Positions 1 to 11,694 of a stretch of DNA of 64,000 nucleotides are shown in pieces. The notes beneath the pieces were generated by a model. That model did not search any database. It was not told the origin of the DNA and saw nothing but the letters and a program-made list of their open reading frames with translations. The stretch's first letter is position 1, and every line of letters starts with the position of its first letter. Origin of the DNA: Paraspadella gotoi (lineage: Eukaryota; Animalia; Chaetognatha); NCBI GenBank assembly GCA_051294375.1, contig CM119269.1:17408265-17472264 (forward strand), written 5' to 3'. The translations under genes were made by a program, and so were the position numbers.

Positions 1-1032
1 TTTGTATTTCGTTTTCTCTTTTTTGAAGCGGCTTATTAAAATAATTTTGCTTTAACGAAGATATTACTGTGTCTCCAATGTTTATCGAAGAATTACGTTT
101 GTGTCACAAAGCGGTAAAGCCGATCGATGCGAAAATGCTTGACTTGATTGAAGTTCATATTTTTCGTTCCCCACCTCACACTCGGACCAATTATGTGAAC
201 GATTAAAAAATTACTGTAAATTGAGATCATCTAAAAAAAATGAATATACGAATTCCAACTCTGAATAATTTGTCCAATGATGCACGCTACATTATCAAGT
301 TGAAGATTTCCTCACAAAAACCATTAGAAATTTCTTCAACACTCTTAGGAGTATCACACTACATCATTCTCAATTTAAAACCGTCCATTCAATTTATAGT
401 GCCTAACTTCAATTAGGATGTTGAAATATGTACTTATTAATTATTTATTTAGCCTTAACATTTATGATGATCATTGATCAAGGCACGCCTTCAAATTATA
501 TGTTGCGAAAAAGTTGAAAAAATTCTTTGGTATGCGATTTTCTTGAGAAATTTAAACTTCATAAGTTCATATTTATTAAAACGGCATCATGTTTGTTTCA
601 TCTCGGGAAAAAATTTATCTCGACACATCAATTTAAATAAGTACGTCCGATTATTTTATTCACTTAGTTCTCATGAAAATTCGTTAAAACCCTCGGAAAA
701 TATGTTTCTTATGTCGATATTGGTCACTCCGAAAATGTTTAGAATTACAGTTGTGAATGTTGAATTTGTAAAGGAGTCAGCTTACTCATGTTATTGCATC
801 GCACAAGCCCTTTTAGTCATAAACGATGTCAAACCTCCACAGCTCCCTGTCTAATAATTGATTGGCATTGGCTTCCATTAAAATCCATGGCGTATCGTGT
901 TAGGATCGGGGATTCATGATTATAAAATATCACTGAGTAAATTTTACATGAAACTTTAATTTTTGTAAGCCAGATTAAATAAGAAAAAAAATCTTTCAAA
1001 TTTATCACACAAGAATTGTTGCACTTTTCGCA

Positions 1033-2799
1033 ATGGCGGAGCAGGACGTTGCTCAGTCGGATACGGAAATGCAAAAGTTTCAACTCCTCCTCGGCTACGT
1101 GAGCGACGTTAACAGCGAAGTGCAGAAATTTAAAGTTCGAAAGATGGACAACCTCGAGGACTTTATATGGGCCGACGCCCTCTCCACCAAGTTGGCCCGC
1201 ATTTCCCAATTGGCCAATCAGCTCAAATGCCCCTCGGCGGCGGAGTCAGGGAAAGAGGAAGAGAGGGAGGAAGAGAGCATTGGGAGGAAGGAGGACTCGG
1301 AAATGAAGATGAAGGAAGAGGAAATCGAGAAACGCCTTAAGGCGAAGAACCGAGAGATGCAGGCGAGACGGAAGAAAGATGGCGAGGGGCCAAAGGCGCG
1401 GCCGCGTCTCGACCGGGGCGTTCCTTCGTCCGACCGTGGTCCGTCGGTCAAACCGGCGCCGCCGCCCGACGTTGACAGGGGTCGAGGACGTTCTCGCAGC
1501 AACAGCGTGTCGGCCGAGCGAGCAAACAGGGGCGGCTTTCGCAACGACCGGAAGTCACGCGAGCGACGCTCCGGTTCGAGCGTAACTGCGACGTCACCGG
1601 AGACGTCACCAAAACGCGTCTCTGCACCGGACGACGCACCCTTCGAAATTTACACCAACGCCGACATCGATGATGAGACGGGTCGTTGGGACGAAAAAGA
1701 GAGCGACGACGTTTTTTACGATCGCAGTGAGGATGCCGGTCGCAACCAACGCCAATCCAAATCTAACAGGGACCAAAGGTCTCGCTCCTCTTCCGGCCAT
1801 CGAAGATCATCCAGTCCCCGGAGATCCACGAGCCGCTCGACTGATGCTAGCCACCGTTCGTCGTCGTGGGATAAATCTCCCCCAAGGAAGCGCGAATCGT
1901 CCAGGGCAACCAAAAGGGGAAAGCGATCGCCATCGGCGTCTCCCGAATTGACCGGGAAAAAGCGACAACCGGTCGGAACTTCCGATGAGGCGCGAGGCGC
2001 TTTCCGGGCGAAACGTATCCGGTCGGACGTCCGCTGCCCTCCCCGCAATGACCGTCGCAGCGGATCGCCCAATCATCGTCCGTCCAAGTCAACTTCCAGC
2101 GCTCACAAAATTCCCAGTTCCACCGTCCGAGCTGGGCGCGCCCTGCTTAAGCGCTCCTACAATTCCGTTCATAATAACGGCAATCGGGGAGGCGGAAACT
2201 CTGCCCGCGGTAATTACGCCAACCGCGGTCAATATTCTTCGTCGAAGAATGGCCGAGGCTTGTTAAACACGCCAAGGGGTAATAAGTCAATGATGGGGCA
2301 AGGCGATATGATGGGCCAAGGATTCATGAGGGGAGGCGGTGGACACGGAGGACAATACAATAATCACAATTCCTTCAACAATATGAACAACAGCTCGTAC
2401 AGACCGGGCGACGGAAATAACTTTTACAGAAACCATTCGCCCTCGCAGAGAAATAATAACTTCCACAACAACAGCAACGGCTCGTTTAATCGGGGAAATA
2501 TGGGCCAGCGTTCCCGCGGAATGAGGGGAAATTATCATAATTCGGGCATGAGACCCGCCATGGGACACATGAACAATCAACGCGGAGAGAGAAACAATTA
2601 TGGGAACCAGAGCGGCGGTAATTTTGGGCGGGGAGGTTACTCGCGGGGACGTGGTCGCGGCGGAGGCGGTGGCGGTGACTGGCGGGCCCCGCCGATCAGA
2701 CGACTACGACCACGACTTTCATCCGCCTTCTGGATACTAGTTTTTTTTGTTTGTTTTTTTTTTGCCGTGCCGTTGCATAAACTGTACGTATGTAAATGA
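1033..2799 (+). CDS. Low-complexity RS-rich / RGG- and Asn-Gly-rich protein, probably nuclear RNA-associated; the true C-terminus may be at 2740 in another frame
   Basis: 588-aa ORF with an N-terminal coiled region, many RS/SR dipeptides and RGG repeats. The last about 35 codons read through T-rich UTR-like sequence. Confidence 0.7.
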   Translation: MAEQDVAQSDTEMQKFQLLLGYVSDVNSEVQKFKVRKMDNLEDFIWADALSTKLARISQLANQLKCPSAAESGKEEEREEESIGRKEDSEMKMKEEEIEKRLKAKNREMQARRKKDGEGPKARPRLDRGVPSSDRGPSVKPAPPPDVDRGRGRSRSNSVSAERANRGGFRNDRKSRERRSGSSVTATSPETSPKRVSAPDDAPFEIYTNADIDDETGRWDEKESDDVFYDRSEDAGRNQRQSKSNRDQRSRSSSGHRRSSSPRRSTSRSTDASHRSSSWDKSPPRKRESSRATKRGKRSPSASPELTGKKRQPVGTSDEARGAFRAKRIRSDVRCPPRNDRRSGSPNHRPSKSTSSAHKIPSSTVRAGRALLKRSYNSVHNNGNRGGGNSARGNYANRGQYSSSKNGRGLLNTPRGNKSMMGQGDMMGQGFMRGGGGHGGQYNNHNSFNNMNNSSYRPGDGNNFYRNHSPSQRNNNFHNNSNGSFNRGNMGQRSRGMRGNYHNSGMRPAMGHMNNQRGERNNYGNQSGGNFGRGGYSRGRGRGGGGGGDWRAPPIRRLRPRLSSAFWILVFFVCFFFAVPLHKLYVCK

Positions 2800-3171
2800 T
2801 TGTTTCAAGATAAAAAAATAAGGCTACGATTTAACATTCATTTAGAATGATCGAATGGTTTGCTTAATCTTGATGGCGCCTCTTGTACATTATTTATAAT
2901 ATTTTGGCGTCATTTTCATGATTCGCTTTTGAAATTTGATAGAATCAATACAATTTTGTATGATATTCGCAGATACTATTTTGAATTACCGTTTTGGCAT
3001 TTGCGTTTTTTTTTCGGTCAATTACAAATACGTAGTAAAGTAAATGGTTTAGATATTGTCTAAAATTCCACGAAATTTGCGTACAAATGATGTATATTAG
3101 ATGTTAGTTTTTGGTTTTTTCCTTGCCTTTGTTTTGTCATTGAGTAAGCCGCAACTCCTTCACGGGCCGAA

Positions 3172-4242
3172 ATGAGTGCGAAGGCGAAATCCGTCGGCAA
3201 GGCCGACATAAGACGATTGATGAAGGATTCTAAGAGCAAAATCTCGTCGCCTTTAGCCAAATACAATTCCTCCGGTCAATTGACCTGCGTCTTATGCGCC
3301 ACCGTCGTAAAAAACGAACTCCAGTGGCCGGCACACGTCAACGGAAAAGTCCACAAGGTTAACGCGGCGAAACTCAAAAGCGGAGAAGATCCCTGGACCA
3401 AAGTTCAGGCTGTAAAAAGGAAAAGCGAAAGCGGTGGCGGTTCCTTCGCCCTGTCCGGCGTGGCCACCGCCCCCGCGCTTGTTGGCGTCAATGGACTTCC
3501 TGACGATTTCTTTGAAGGCTCCTCCGCCGCTAAGATTCCTAAATTAAGCAAAGGCGCCAAATCCGTAACTCGACCTTACGAAAAATCGAGAGAGCCGTCC
3601 ATCCCAAAACTTGGCGATCGCCCTCCACCGAAGCCGCAGGGGATATTGAAGAACAAAAGCGAGTGCAAAACCATTGTCCAGCCACGTGACTTCAGCGCTC
3701 CCGCCGCAATCGAATCCGACTTCAAACTCCAGGAATTATCCCCGAAAAAAAACTCGCCCGCCCACGATCCGCCAGAAAAAGACTCGGGACCTTCCAATTC
3801 CCAGTTAAAAAATGAGGACGACAAATTAGGAAAATCGGCGGAGATCCCCGATGGGTTCTTCGATGACCCCGTCGCCGACGCCAAAGCGCACCAAAAAGAA
3901 TACGTGGACCCGATGGACGCCCAGTGGGAACTCTTTCAGAAGGAAATAAAGATGGAGACCTACAAGTCTGAAGCCATTGAGGAAGAGGAGGACGATGTCA
4001 TGATCTTTGAACGGGAACTCTCCGAGGTCGACGAGCAGATCGCCGGGTGGGCCAAGGTCGAAGCCCTTCACATTAAGAAGGTGGCGGCCTTCGTGAAGAC
4101 GGAGATCAAAGAGGAGCCGATGGACGCGACGAACGAATCCGAAGTTGTGAAGGTCAAAGAAGAGGAGAGCGATGAGGAAGACTCTTCCGAAGAAGACGAA
4201 GACTTTGACGAACTTTTAGATTGGCGGTCCAAGGGCACGTGA
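3172..4242 (+). CDS. ZNF830: Zinc finger protein 830 (CCDC16) homolog, intronless
   Basis: SPLAKYNSSGQLTCVLC...WPAHVNGKVH zinc finger, LPDDFF and IPDGFFDDPVADAK motifs, acidic C-terminus ending LLDWRSKG. Confidence 0.9.
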   Translation: MSAKAKSVGKADIRRLMKDSKSKISSPLAKYNSSGQLTCVLCATVVKNELQWPAHVNGKVHKVNAAKLKSGEDPWTKVQAVKRKSESGGGSFALSGVATAPALVGVNGLPDDFFEGSSAAKIPKLSKGAKSVTRPYEKSREPSIPKLGDRPPPKPQGILKNKSECKTIVQPRDFSAPAAIESDFKLQELSPKKNSPAHDPPEKDSGPSNSQLKNEDDKLGKSAEIPDGFFDDPVADAKAHQKEYVDPMDAQWELFQKEIKMETYKSEAIEEEEDDVMIFERELSEVDEQIAGWAKVEALHIKKVAAFVKTEIKEEPMDATNESEVVKVKEEESDEEDSSEEDEDFDELLDWRSKGT

Positions 4243-4467
4243 CAAGGGTATCAATGTGATAATTGGAAATATTTCATTTTATAATTCGTTGACGTTAATC
4301 GTGTTTTACATAATTTATATCCCGGTCGAGATTGAAAATGATTAAGCGGTTTACATTAAAATTAATGAAATGTATTTTGTCTTATGAGTTAATAATGCTA
4401 GGACTTTTTTCTTTTATCGTTTCGTTCTCGCATGGGAACTTTTTTTTATTAATAGGTTTTTTTTGCA

Positions 4468-7400
4468 ATGGGAAAGCCGGGCAGGGGGGCCAAGCCCCGC
4501 CGCGGCAGCCAAATCAGCTCGGTTAAAAAAAATAATAAAAGTGTCGCTAAACTTGACAAGCAGGGAAAAAAGAAACGAGGTGGTAAAAAGCATCAGGACA
4601 AAAAACGAAAAAGGGAGACCGAGAGTGAAAAAGCTCATTACCTTGCAGTGAGGGAGAGGGAAAGGGCTGTAGCCGATGACGAAAGGAATGGCGAAAGCGG
4701 TGACGACGAAGATGACGATGGAGTTCAATCCGAAAAGATACGAGAAAAGGATCTGCAATATTTTGCCAGTTCCGCCGCCAACCTCTCGTTTCTTTCACCG
4801 TAAGTGTTACAAATATTTTAGAAACCATCGGCCATCAATTTTGATAAAGTATTCTTTTCGTCGCGCAGGAATTTCCAGAAGAACCTCGATCGAGAAAGGG
4901 ATAAGCAAAAAAGCGGAAAGAAACGTAAGTCCGAGGATGACGACGACGACGACGAACGTTGCTTCGAGATGCACCCACGGTCCTTCAACGAGGCCACCAC
5001 TGAAGACGATGGTGGGAAAGTGCGCATGTTGTTGCCTGTGAAAGATAAGCACAGGCTGATTCGTCGAATTGGGGAAAAGGTCGAAGAAGAAGAAGAAGAG
5101 ATAGAGGAAGAAGAGATGGAGGAGGTATTGGGCGTTCACGCCCCCGCGGGTCTGGAAGACGACGAGGGTTTTGAGAGCGGGTCGACGCCGTCAAAAGATG
5201 AAGAGGAGGGAAAGGAACCCATGACTCTTTTGGAAAGTTTGGTGTGGAGGAGAAAACAGATTGGGATTAGGAAGCAGAGGATCGCTCTGCTCTGCACTTC
5301 GATAATGGAAAGACCCGAAGAGAGGATGGGAAAGTTAAAAGTAAGTTGAATTTATCAGCGAATTAACTCTAAGTGATAAGCAAACTTTATTTTCCTACAG
5401 GAATTGCGCCTCCTATTGAATGAGACGGACGGTCGCCTGATTGTGACTGTAAAGAAGCTGGTGATGTTGTCGCTGCTGGAGATTTTTAAAGACGTCGTCC
5501 CAAGTTATCGAATCCGATCCCTGACCGAAACGGAAAAAGGACAGAGGATGAAGAAGGAGACTCTGGCTCTCGTCGATTTCGAGGAAGGCTTGCTGAAAAA
5601 TTACAGGCACGTCTTGATTTTTATGTAATTCTGTCCGCATTCGTCGGAACTGTGCCTTAATTCTAACTGTGCCTTAATTCTAACTGTGCCTTAATTCTAA
5701 CTGTGCCTTAATTCTAACTGTGCCTTAATTCTAACTGTGACTTAATTCTAACTGTGACTTAATTCGCCAGGTTGTATCTGGTCGAGTTGGAGAACTGTAT
5801 CAAGAATGGACTAAATAAGAAACGGTCGAAAATGTCTAAGGACGACGAGGAAGACGAGACCGAAGTCGAGGAAAAGTCCACCGCCTTCAGAAATCTCGCC
5901 TTTATGGCTCTCAAGTGCATGTGCGAATTGCTCGTGGCGCATCCACACTTTAATTACCGGTGATCTAATGTGCTTTGTCATTTTGCTTCTGTTTCACTCA
6001 GTAAAAAGAGTAAAGTTTTTTTTTTTTTCAACTCAGAACTAACATAGTGACGGTGATCGTCCCGCTGATGGGTTTTCCCGACGACGAAGTGTCTTGTCTC
6101 GTCTGCGACACGATCCGCAAAGTCTTCAAGGTGGACAACCTGGGCGACGTCAGCTACGAGATCGTTAAAACTCTCGGCTCAGAGTTAAAGGTGATTAAAT
6201 TTTTTTCTTTAAAGCTCCTTGACCGCTGGACAGAGAAGAGAGAACTAATCAATCTGATCTATTTAAGGCTCGACAACACTCGTGGCCCCGACGAACCCTC
6301 GACGTTTGTCTCTCTCTTCGAATCAGAAACGATTTGTCGGAGAGGCAAGACGACAAGGCTAAGGAGAGGAAGAAAAGATACGAGGCCTACAAGAAACTCA
6401 TGAAATACGCCAGCAGAAAAGTAGGTCTTTTTTTATTACGGAGATGGACGACTCCTACTCAACTGCGTGATCATGTTTCGCTCATTTAGGAAAAAAAGCG
6501 GAAAAAGAAAATGGCGGAGTTAGAGAATCAACTGAAGGCGACGGAAGCGACTCAAAATGTGGACGCTTGTCTCGAGTGGCACACGAAGACAATAACTCAA
6601 CTCTTTGCCATATACTTTCGCATTCTCAAAAAAGGTTCGTGCTTTTTCCAAGATTACCCTTCATTCTCTTATAAATTAGGTTTTACTGAAGCTAACCCAG
6701 CAACCGTTTGATTGAACGAACCCCAAAGAGGAAAAAAAAATAGAAAACTCTAAATTTGTGTGTAACTGACTATAACAGGACGCGCCACTCCTCTCCTGGG
6801 GGCAACCTTGGCCGGACTTTCCAACTTCGCCCATCTTATCAACCTTGACTTTTTCGACGACCTGTTATCCAATCTGCACTCAATCGTTGCCACCCACAAA
6901 GGGTTGACCTTCGAGAACAGTCTGCACTGCGTCCACACAACATTTGCCATCTTGTCGGGCCAGGGCAGCGCTCTCAACATTGATCCCATGCGTTTTTACG
7001 GTCAGCTGTACAAAGATTTGGTGGACGAGACGTCGAAACCGACGATGGGAAATTCTTCGACAACCACTCCATTGATGCTGAAGTGCATTTACAAGATGAT
7101 CATCGCCAGATCGAAACAAGTTAGAGAAAACCTTTAAATTGATTTTTAATTATTAATGTTAATTGACTTTTTTTTCCAGGTTTCCATCGCCCGTCTGTTG
7201 GCATTCACGAAACGTCTGTGCACTATCGCGTTACAACAAGATCACTCGGGAGCAGTTGCCATGCTGGCCATGGTCAGAAAGCTTTTGTTATGCAGCCCTA
7301 AAACGGACATTCTTTACGAAAACGAAGGTCATTGTTTGTTTTGTTTTGTTTTGTTTGTTTGTTTTTAAAGGCTGATTCTGAATGGTAGTAGGTCGCTCCC

Positions 7401-8057
7401 CACCACGTTGCCTGCAATCGGCGTGGCGGAGAGGAGCCACGAAGAATACCGTTTACATTTGAAATCACAATTTATTTTTCATTGTCCGGTTAAACAAATT
7501 TCATCTAGGAACCGGAAGCGGTGTCTATTTGGCAGAAATGGAAGATCCGGAATACTGTAAGCCGGAAGCGACAGCGTTGTGGGACCTGCATGCCGTGAGA
7601 CGCCACTATCACCCCGTCGCTTCTTCTCTTGCTTCAAAGGTGAAAATATTAAAAAGTAAAACAATATATTTAAAAAAAAGTTTAAAAAATACCTTTATCA
7701 GTATTACAACTTCTCCTGCAGATCCTCCAGCACCATCCTCTCCAACCCGAGCATAAACTCACTCCCGAACTCTCGCTCAAAGACCCATCCGAACTATTTT
7801 TTCAATTCTCTCCCTCCGGCGAAACTGACTTTCGCCCGCCTCTCCTGCCTCCTCCGCCCCAAAAACTCAGGGATGCCTTCAAGAAAAAGTCGGGCAAACA
7901 CGCCATCTTTCGCGTGCATCGCTTCGCCGATTCGGAGTTTGGAGCAAAGATGGCGCGGATCGCTGATGGGATCGAGATCGAGGGATTGGGGGGAACGGAA
8001 CCAACTGCTGAGACAAACAGTTTAACGGATTGTTTGGAGGACATGGAAACAGCTTGA
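4468..8057 (+). CDS. NOC3L: Nucleolar complex protein 3 homolog, multi-exon
   Basis: Exons encode [80 protein letters not shown] and [13 protein letters not shown]. Stop TGA at 8055-8057. Confidence 0.92.
5648..5765 (+). repeat. 17-bp tandem repeat (AACTGTGCCTTAATTCT) x7 inside a NOC3L intron
   Basis: Directly visible. The last two units carry a C>A change, and the array ends just before the acceptor CCAG at 5770. Confidence 0.95.
7380..7460 (+). ncRNA. Candidate intronic single-hairpin H/ACA-like RNA
   Basis: Lower stem AATGGTA/TACCGTT, internal loop, upper stems GCTCC/GGAGC and CCACG/CGTGG, then ACA at 7455-7457 followed by TTT. It is a GC-rich island in AT-rich NOC3L intron 7328-7508. 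Confidence 0.4.
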
Positions 8058-8284
8058 CGCTTTCGTCGTTTTTTTTTTTTGTTACGAGGATTTACTAATG
8101 ATTGTTGTTGAATTTTTTTTTTTCAGGCGCTTAAATTTCATAATGTGAAACGTCTGTCATTTTTATTTAATTGCGCCGCGAATAGGTGAACTATCGTACT
8201 GTAAATAAAAATCATGGCAGCCGACGTTTTGGGCGAAAGATATTTCCTTTGGAGAATTATCGTTTAAGTGGATAAGGTGGCACC

Positions 8285-11200
8285 ATGGAGACAGTCGTTG
8301 TTCTTTACGACTATACCTACGAAAAAAAGGACGGAACGCCTATTAGCATAAAAAAGGATCAGCGTTTCACCTTGGTGGATCGAACCAACGCCGCATGGTG
8401 GCGAGTTAAACCAGAATTGGGCGCCGCCGCTGAGAACGATGGACTTCCCGTCAAAGGATTTTACGTCCCGGCCAAATACGTAAAGGCCGCGCCCGTCGGA
8501 GTGGAGGCACCAAAAAGGGGAAAAGATGGCATTCCCCGGACGAACGTGCAAGATTCCAGCAAAGCTTTTGCGTATGGTATGTCTCGGCCTATCGTCACGG
8601 ATCCTTACGGAGATGAGAATGCCAATCACAAAAGTTCTCCGAATCAGGAGATGATGAGTTTTGCGGAAAAGAAGAAAAACTTTGAGACGTTTCTCGGCGC
8701 CAGATCCGCGACTGTGCAGCGCAAATCGCCAATGACGAGACGTCGCGAGAATCGCCCGGAAAATCCCATCGCGTTTCCTCTTGAGAATCCCGTAGTTAAC
8801 GTCTCTCCTCCTGCCGCTGCTCCCGCCACTGTCCCCGCCGCTGTCCCCGCCGCTTATCCCACGGTTGTACCCGGCGCTGAGTCCTTGCATAGTCATGGTT
8901 CCTCGTCTAGAGATTCGACGGACTCAGTCGACGGAACCGATCGGTCAGAGGGAGATATCGGAGAGTCGACGGCCCCTCAGCGTCAAGAAGACTCGAAGCC
9001 TGAAACGGTGGACGACGTCTTCCGGGGAGAAAAAGAAGGGCATAGACCACCAGCGTTTAATCGCGAGAAAGCTGATTCAATCGAGGCGCCTCTTCGCCAG
9101 CGGCCGCCAAGTTTCGTCAACCCGCTCTTCCCATCTCACGAATCTGAAGGGAGCGACGAAGAGGAGCCCCCGCCAGTTCCTGCGAAATCCGAAGGTATCG
9201 TTGGGTCCATCGGCAGACAGGCCGGTTTCGCCAACCCTCTCTTCAACGGCGGCGACGGGAAAGAATGCGAGATGAACGGGAAATCCGATTTCAAACCCGA
9301 AAAACTTCCCTCGCCACCGAGACCGCTGACCCGTCATCGCCCCGCCACCTTTAACTACTTGGGTAAGGGCGGCAGCGGCGGTGCTCCAGATGTCGACTTG
9401 TTAAAACATCAATTGCGAAAAACGAGAAGCAGGTAAGTTTTGGGTAACGAATTCAAGGAATTTTTATATTTTTTTGATGGTTAGTATGAATTTATTTTTC
9501 ACTGCAGAGAAAATATGGATCAGCTTGACAGTTCAAGTTCGACATCCAAATCTGCGGAAAACGTTTCCTGCGGCGACAGCAAATGGCGCGCCCGCGACAC
9601 AACGATGAAAGAAGACCCCCTTCCACCCGGTTGGACGAGGACTCGTGACGAACACCATGGTCACGACGTTTTGCAGTTTCAAAATTCGGACATCCGTTGG
9701 TTCAGCGGCGTAGCCCTGACCGGAAGGGTATATTATTATTCGGAGGACCGGACCAGATCGCAGTGGTCTCTGCCAGAAAATCCCATTCCTCAGCCGTCTG
9801 ATGGTCCAGACGATCAGGTCGCCGCGCAGAGACGCTCCGGCGTTTCCGAAGGCAACTCCGATCAACGGCGGTCCGGCGTTTCCGATGGCAGCTATGACGA
9901 GTTAGGCTCTTGTGGGAACATTAGCGATCAGTCCTCTATCTCGTCCGATGTTGTCTTGCGAAAGGGTTGGATGCACTATGCCCGTCTTCAGCCTGTATCC
10001 AACAGCAGGAAACCGGCCAAGAAGAATTGGGCCAAGGGCTTTGTTGTCCTGATTGGCGATTGGCTCGTCTTTTACGTCAACGAAAAAAAGGCCAAGATTC
10101 TTCCCAACTATCCCTTCGGAAAACCGGAATTCAAAGTGGACCTGCGGGGCGGCCGCGTTGAGGACGGCGCCGAAAAGACCAAACGATCTCTAGCTCTTTT
10201 GGTGTTCGGCGGCGGCGTGGACGACGAGGATTCGGCCATTTTGATTCATAACGAGGATACCGTTGCTATGGCGGCTTGGCGACGTGATTTGGAACGGGCG
10301 GTCGCCAAGGGAATCGATAGTGTCGACAGCGGCTTCCCTTCTACTCCCTCCTCGAATTCAATCTTTTTCACCGCAACGTCTCCAATGGAAAGCAAACAGT
10401 TTTTCGCATCGAAAGAATCTTCCGCTTCTCCGAGCGAAGAGTCGGGTTTTAGTTCGCGAAAGTCAATCTTTTCTCGGACCCGGAAAACAAAAAGAGGAGA
10501 TTCCGGGGGAGGGGGAAGCGGAAGCGGCGGCGCCTGGCTCGATCATTTTTTCAAACGGCGACCCTCCATCCAATACGTTAAAGAAAAAGGAATCGTTAAA
10601 GGTGGCGGCGTTTTTGGCGCCAACCTCGACGCGCTAGTCGAAAGGGAGACTTTGGCTTTGCACCGAGACTTGCGAGTGCCGTCAGCTCCCGCCTTCGTGG
10701 TCGCCTGCATCGCCGCCCTGGAGAACCGGAACTGCCTCGAAACGGACGGGTTGTACCGGATCAACGGCAACCTGGCCGAGATTCAAAGGCTGCGCTTCCT
10801 CGTCGAAGATGCGGCCGGCTACGACCTCATGGACCCGCGATGGGACGTCCACGTCCTCACTGGCTCCCTCAAGCTGTTCTTTCGCGAGTTGGAGTCGCCG
10901 TTGATCCCGTGGGAGCTCTTCGAGGACGCCGTTGACATTTTGGCCGACGCGGGAGAGGGAAAAGAGCGAAAGGCGTCGCGGGTGAAACCGCTCTTCACGG
11001 AGAAGAGGGTAAGAAAAGACTCGCATTGATCAATTTCGCTTGAGTGTTAAACAAATTTATAAAATTTTCAGATGTCGGCTACCGCTTTGGTTACTTTACA
11101 AACTTTATGTCGCCACCTCCTAAAAGTGATGGCTGTGAGCGACGCCAATAGAATGCAAGCCTCAAACATTGCCATCTGCTTTGGCCCCACTCTGATGTGG

Positions 11201-11314
11201 TCAGACGCCGAAATCACCGCGAGCATGGCCTTTAGCGATCTCGTCATTTACCAGACGAAATTTGTCGAGTTTTTGCTACTGAATTTCAGCCTTATTTTTG
11301 ATAATTCCCTCTGA
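8285..11314 (+). CDS. SH3-WW-WW-PH-RhoGAP protein (ARHGAP9/12/15/27 family), 3 exons
   Basis: SH3 (VVLYDYTY...WWRV...FYVPAKYV), WW (LPPGW, GRVYYY...SQWSLP), PH (KNWAKGFVVL) and RhoGAP (GLYRING, LKLFFREL, NRMQASNIAICFGPTL). Confidence 0.9.
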
Positions 11315-11694
11315 AAAAATATTTCTTTTGAGGGTGAATGCGCGCTTTACCGATTTTTTTTTTCGGTGGCTCTTCCAGATATCAAAACCACAAAAATCCA
11401 GCCTTAACCGATATGTGCCGATAGATCAGTACCTTTATTGTCTAGTCCTATGCGCATGTGATCACGTTTGTCATGGAATTGTTTTTTTTATATTGGGGCA
11501 TTTTGATAATTTTTTTTCAATTGCTATACTTTCTCATTCCATGAATTTTTTTACGTCTTGGTTTTCACGTTAATTTTTTTTGTAAATGCGCATCAGTGCT
11601 AATTGGTGTTCTAGAACACTTAGGATGGTGTTTTTTTCTTTTTTGTATATTATCTTTACGAATTTTCAGAGATGTCGTTTACTTAGAATATAAA

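Noticed and set aside
474-854. 126-aa ORF upstream of gene 1
   Set aside because: AT-rich, starts at TTG and has no recognisable motif; more likely promoter or outron sequence.
5648-5765. Repeat array as a CRISPR locus
   Set aside because: The units are contiguous with no unique spacers, it lies in a eukaryotic intron, and there are no cas genes.
8264-8896. Long minus-strand ORFs overlapping real exons (also 17066-17512 and 30767-31261)
   Set aside because: Antisense shadows of GC-rich + strand coding sequence with no independent motifs.
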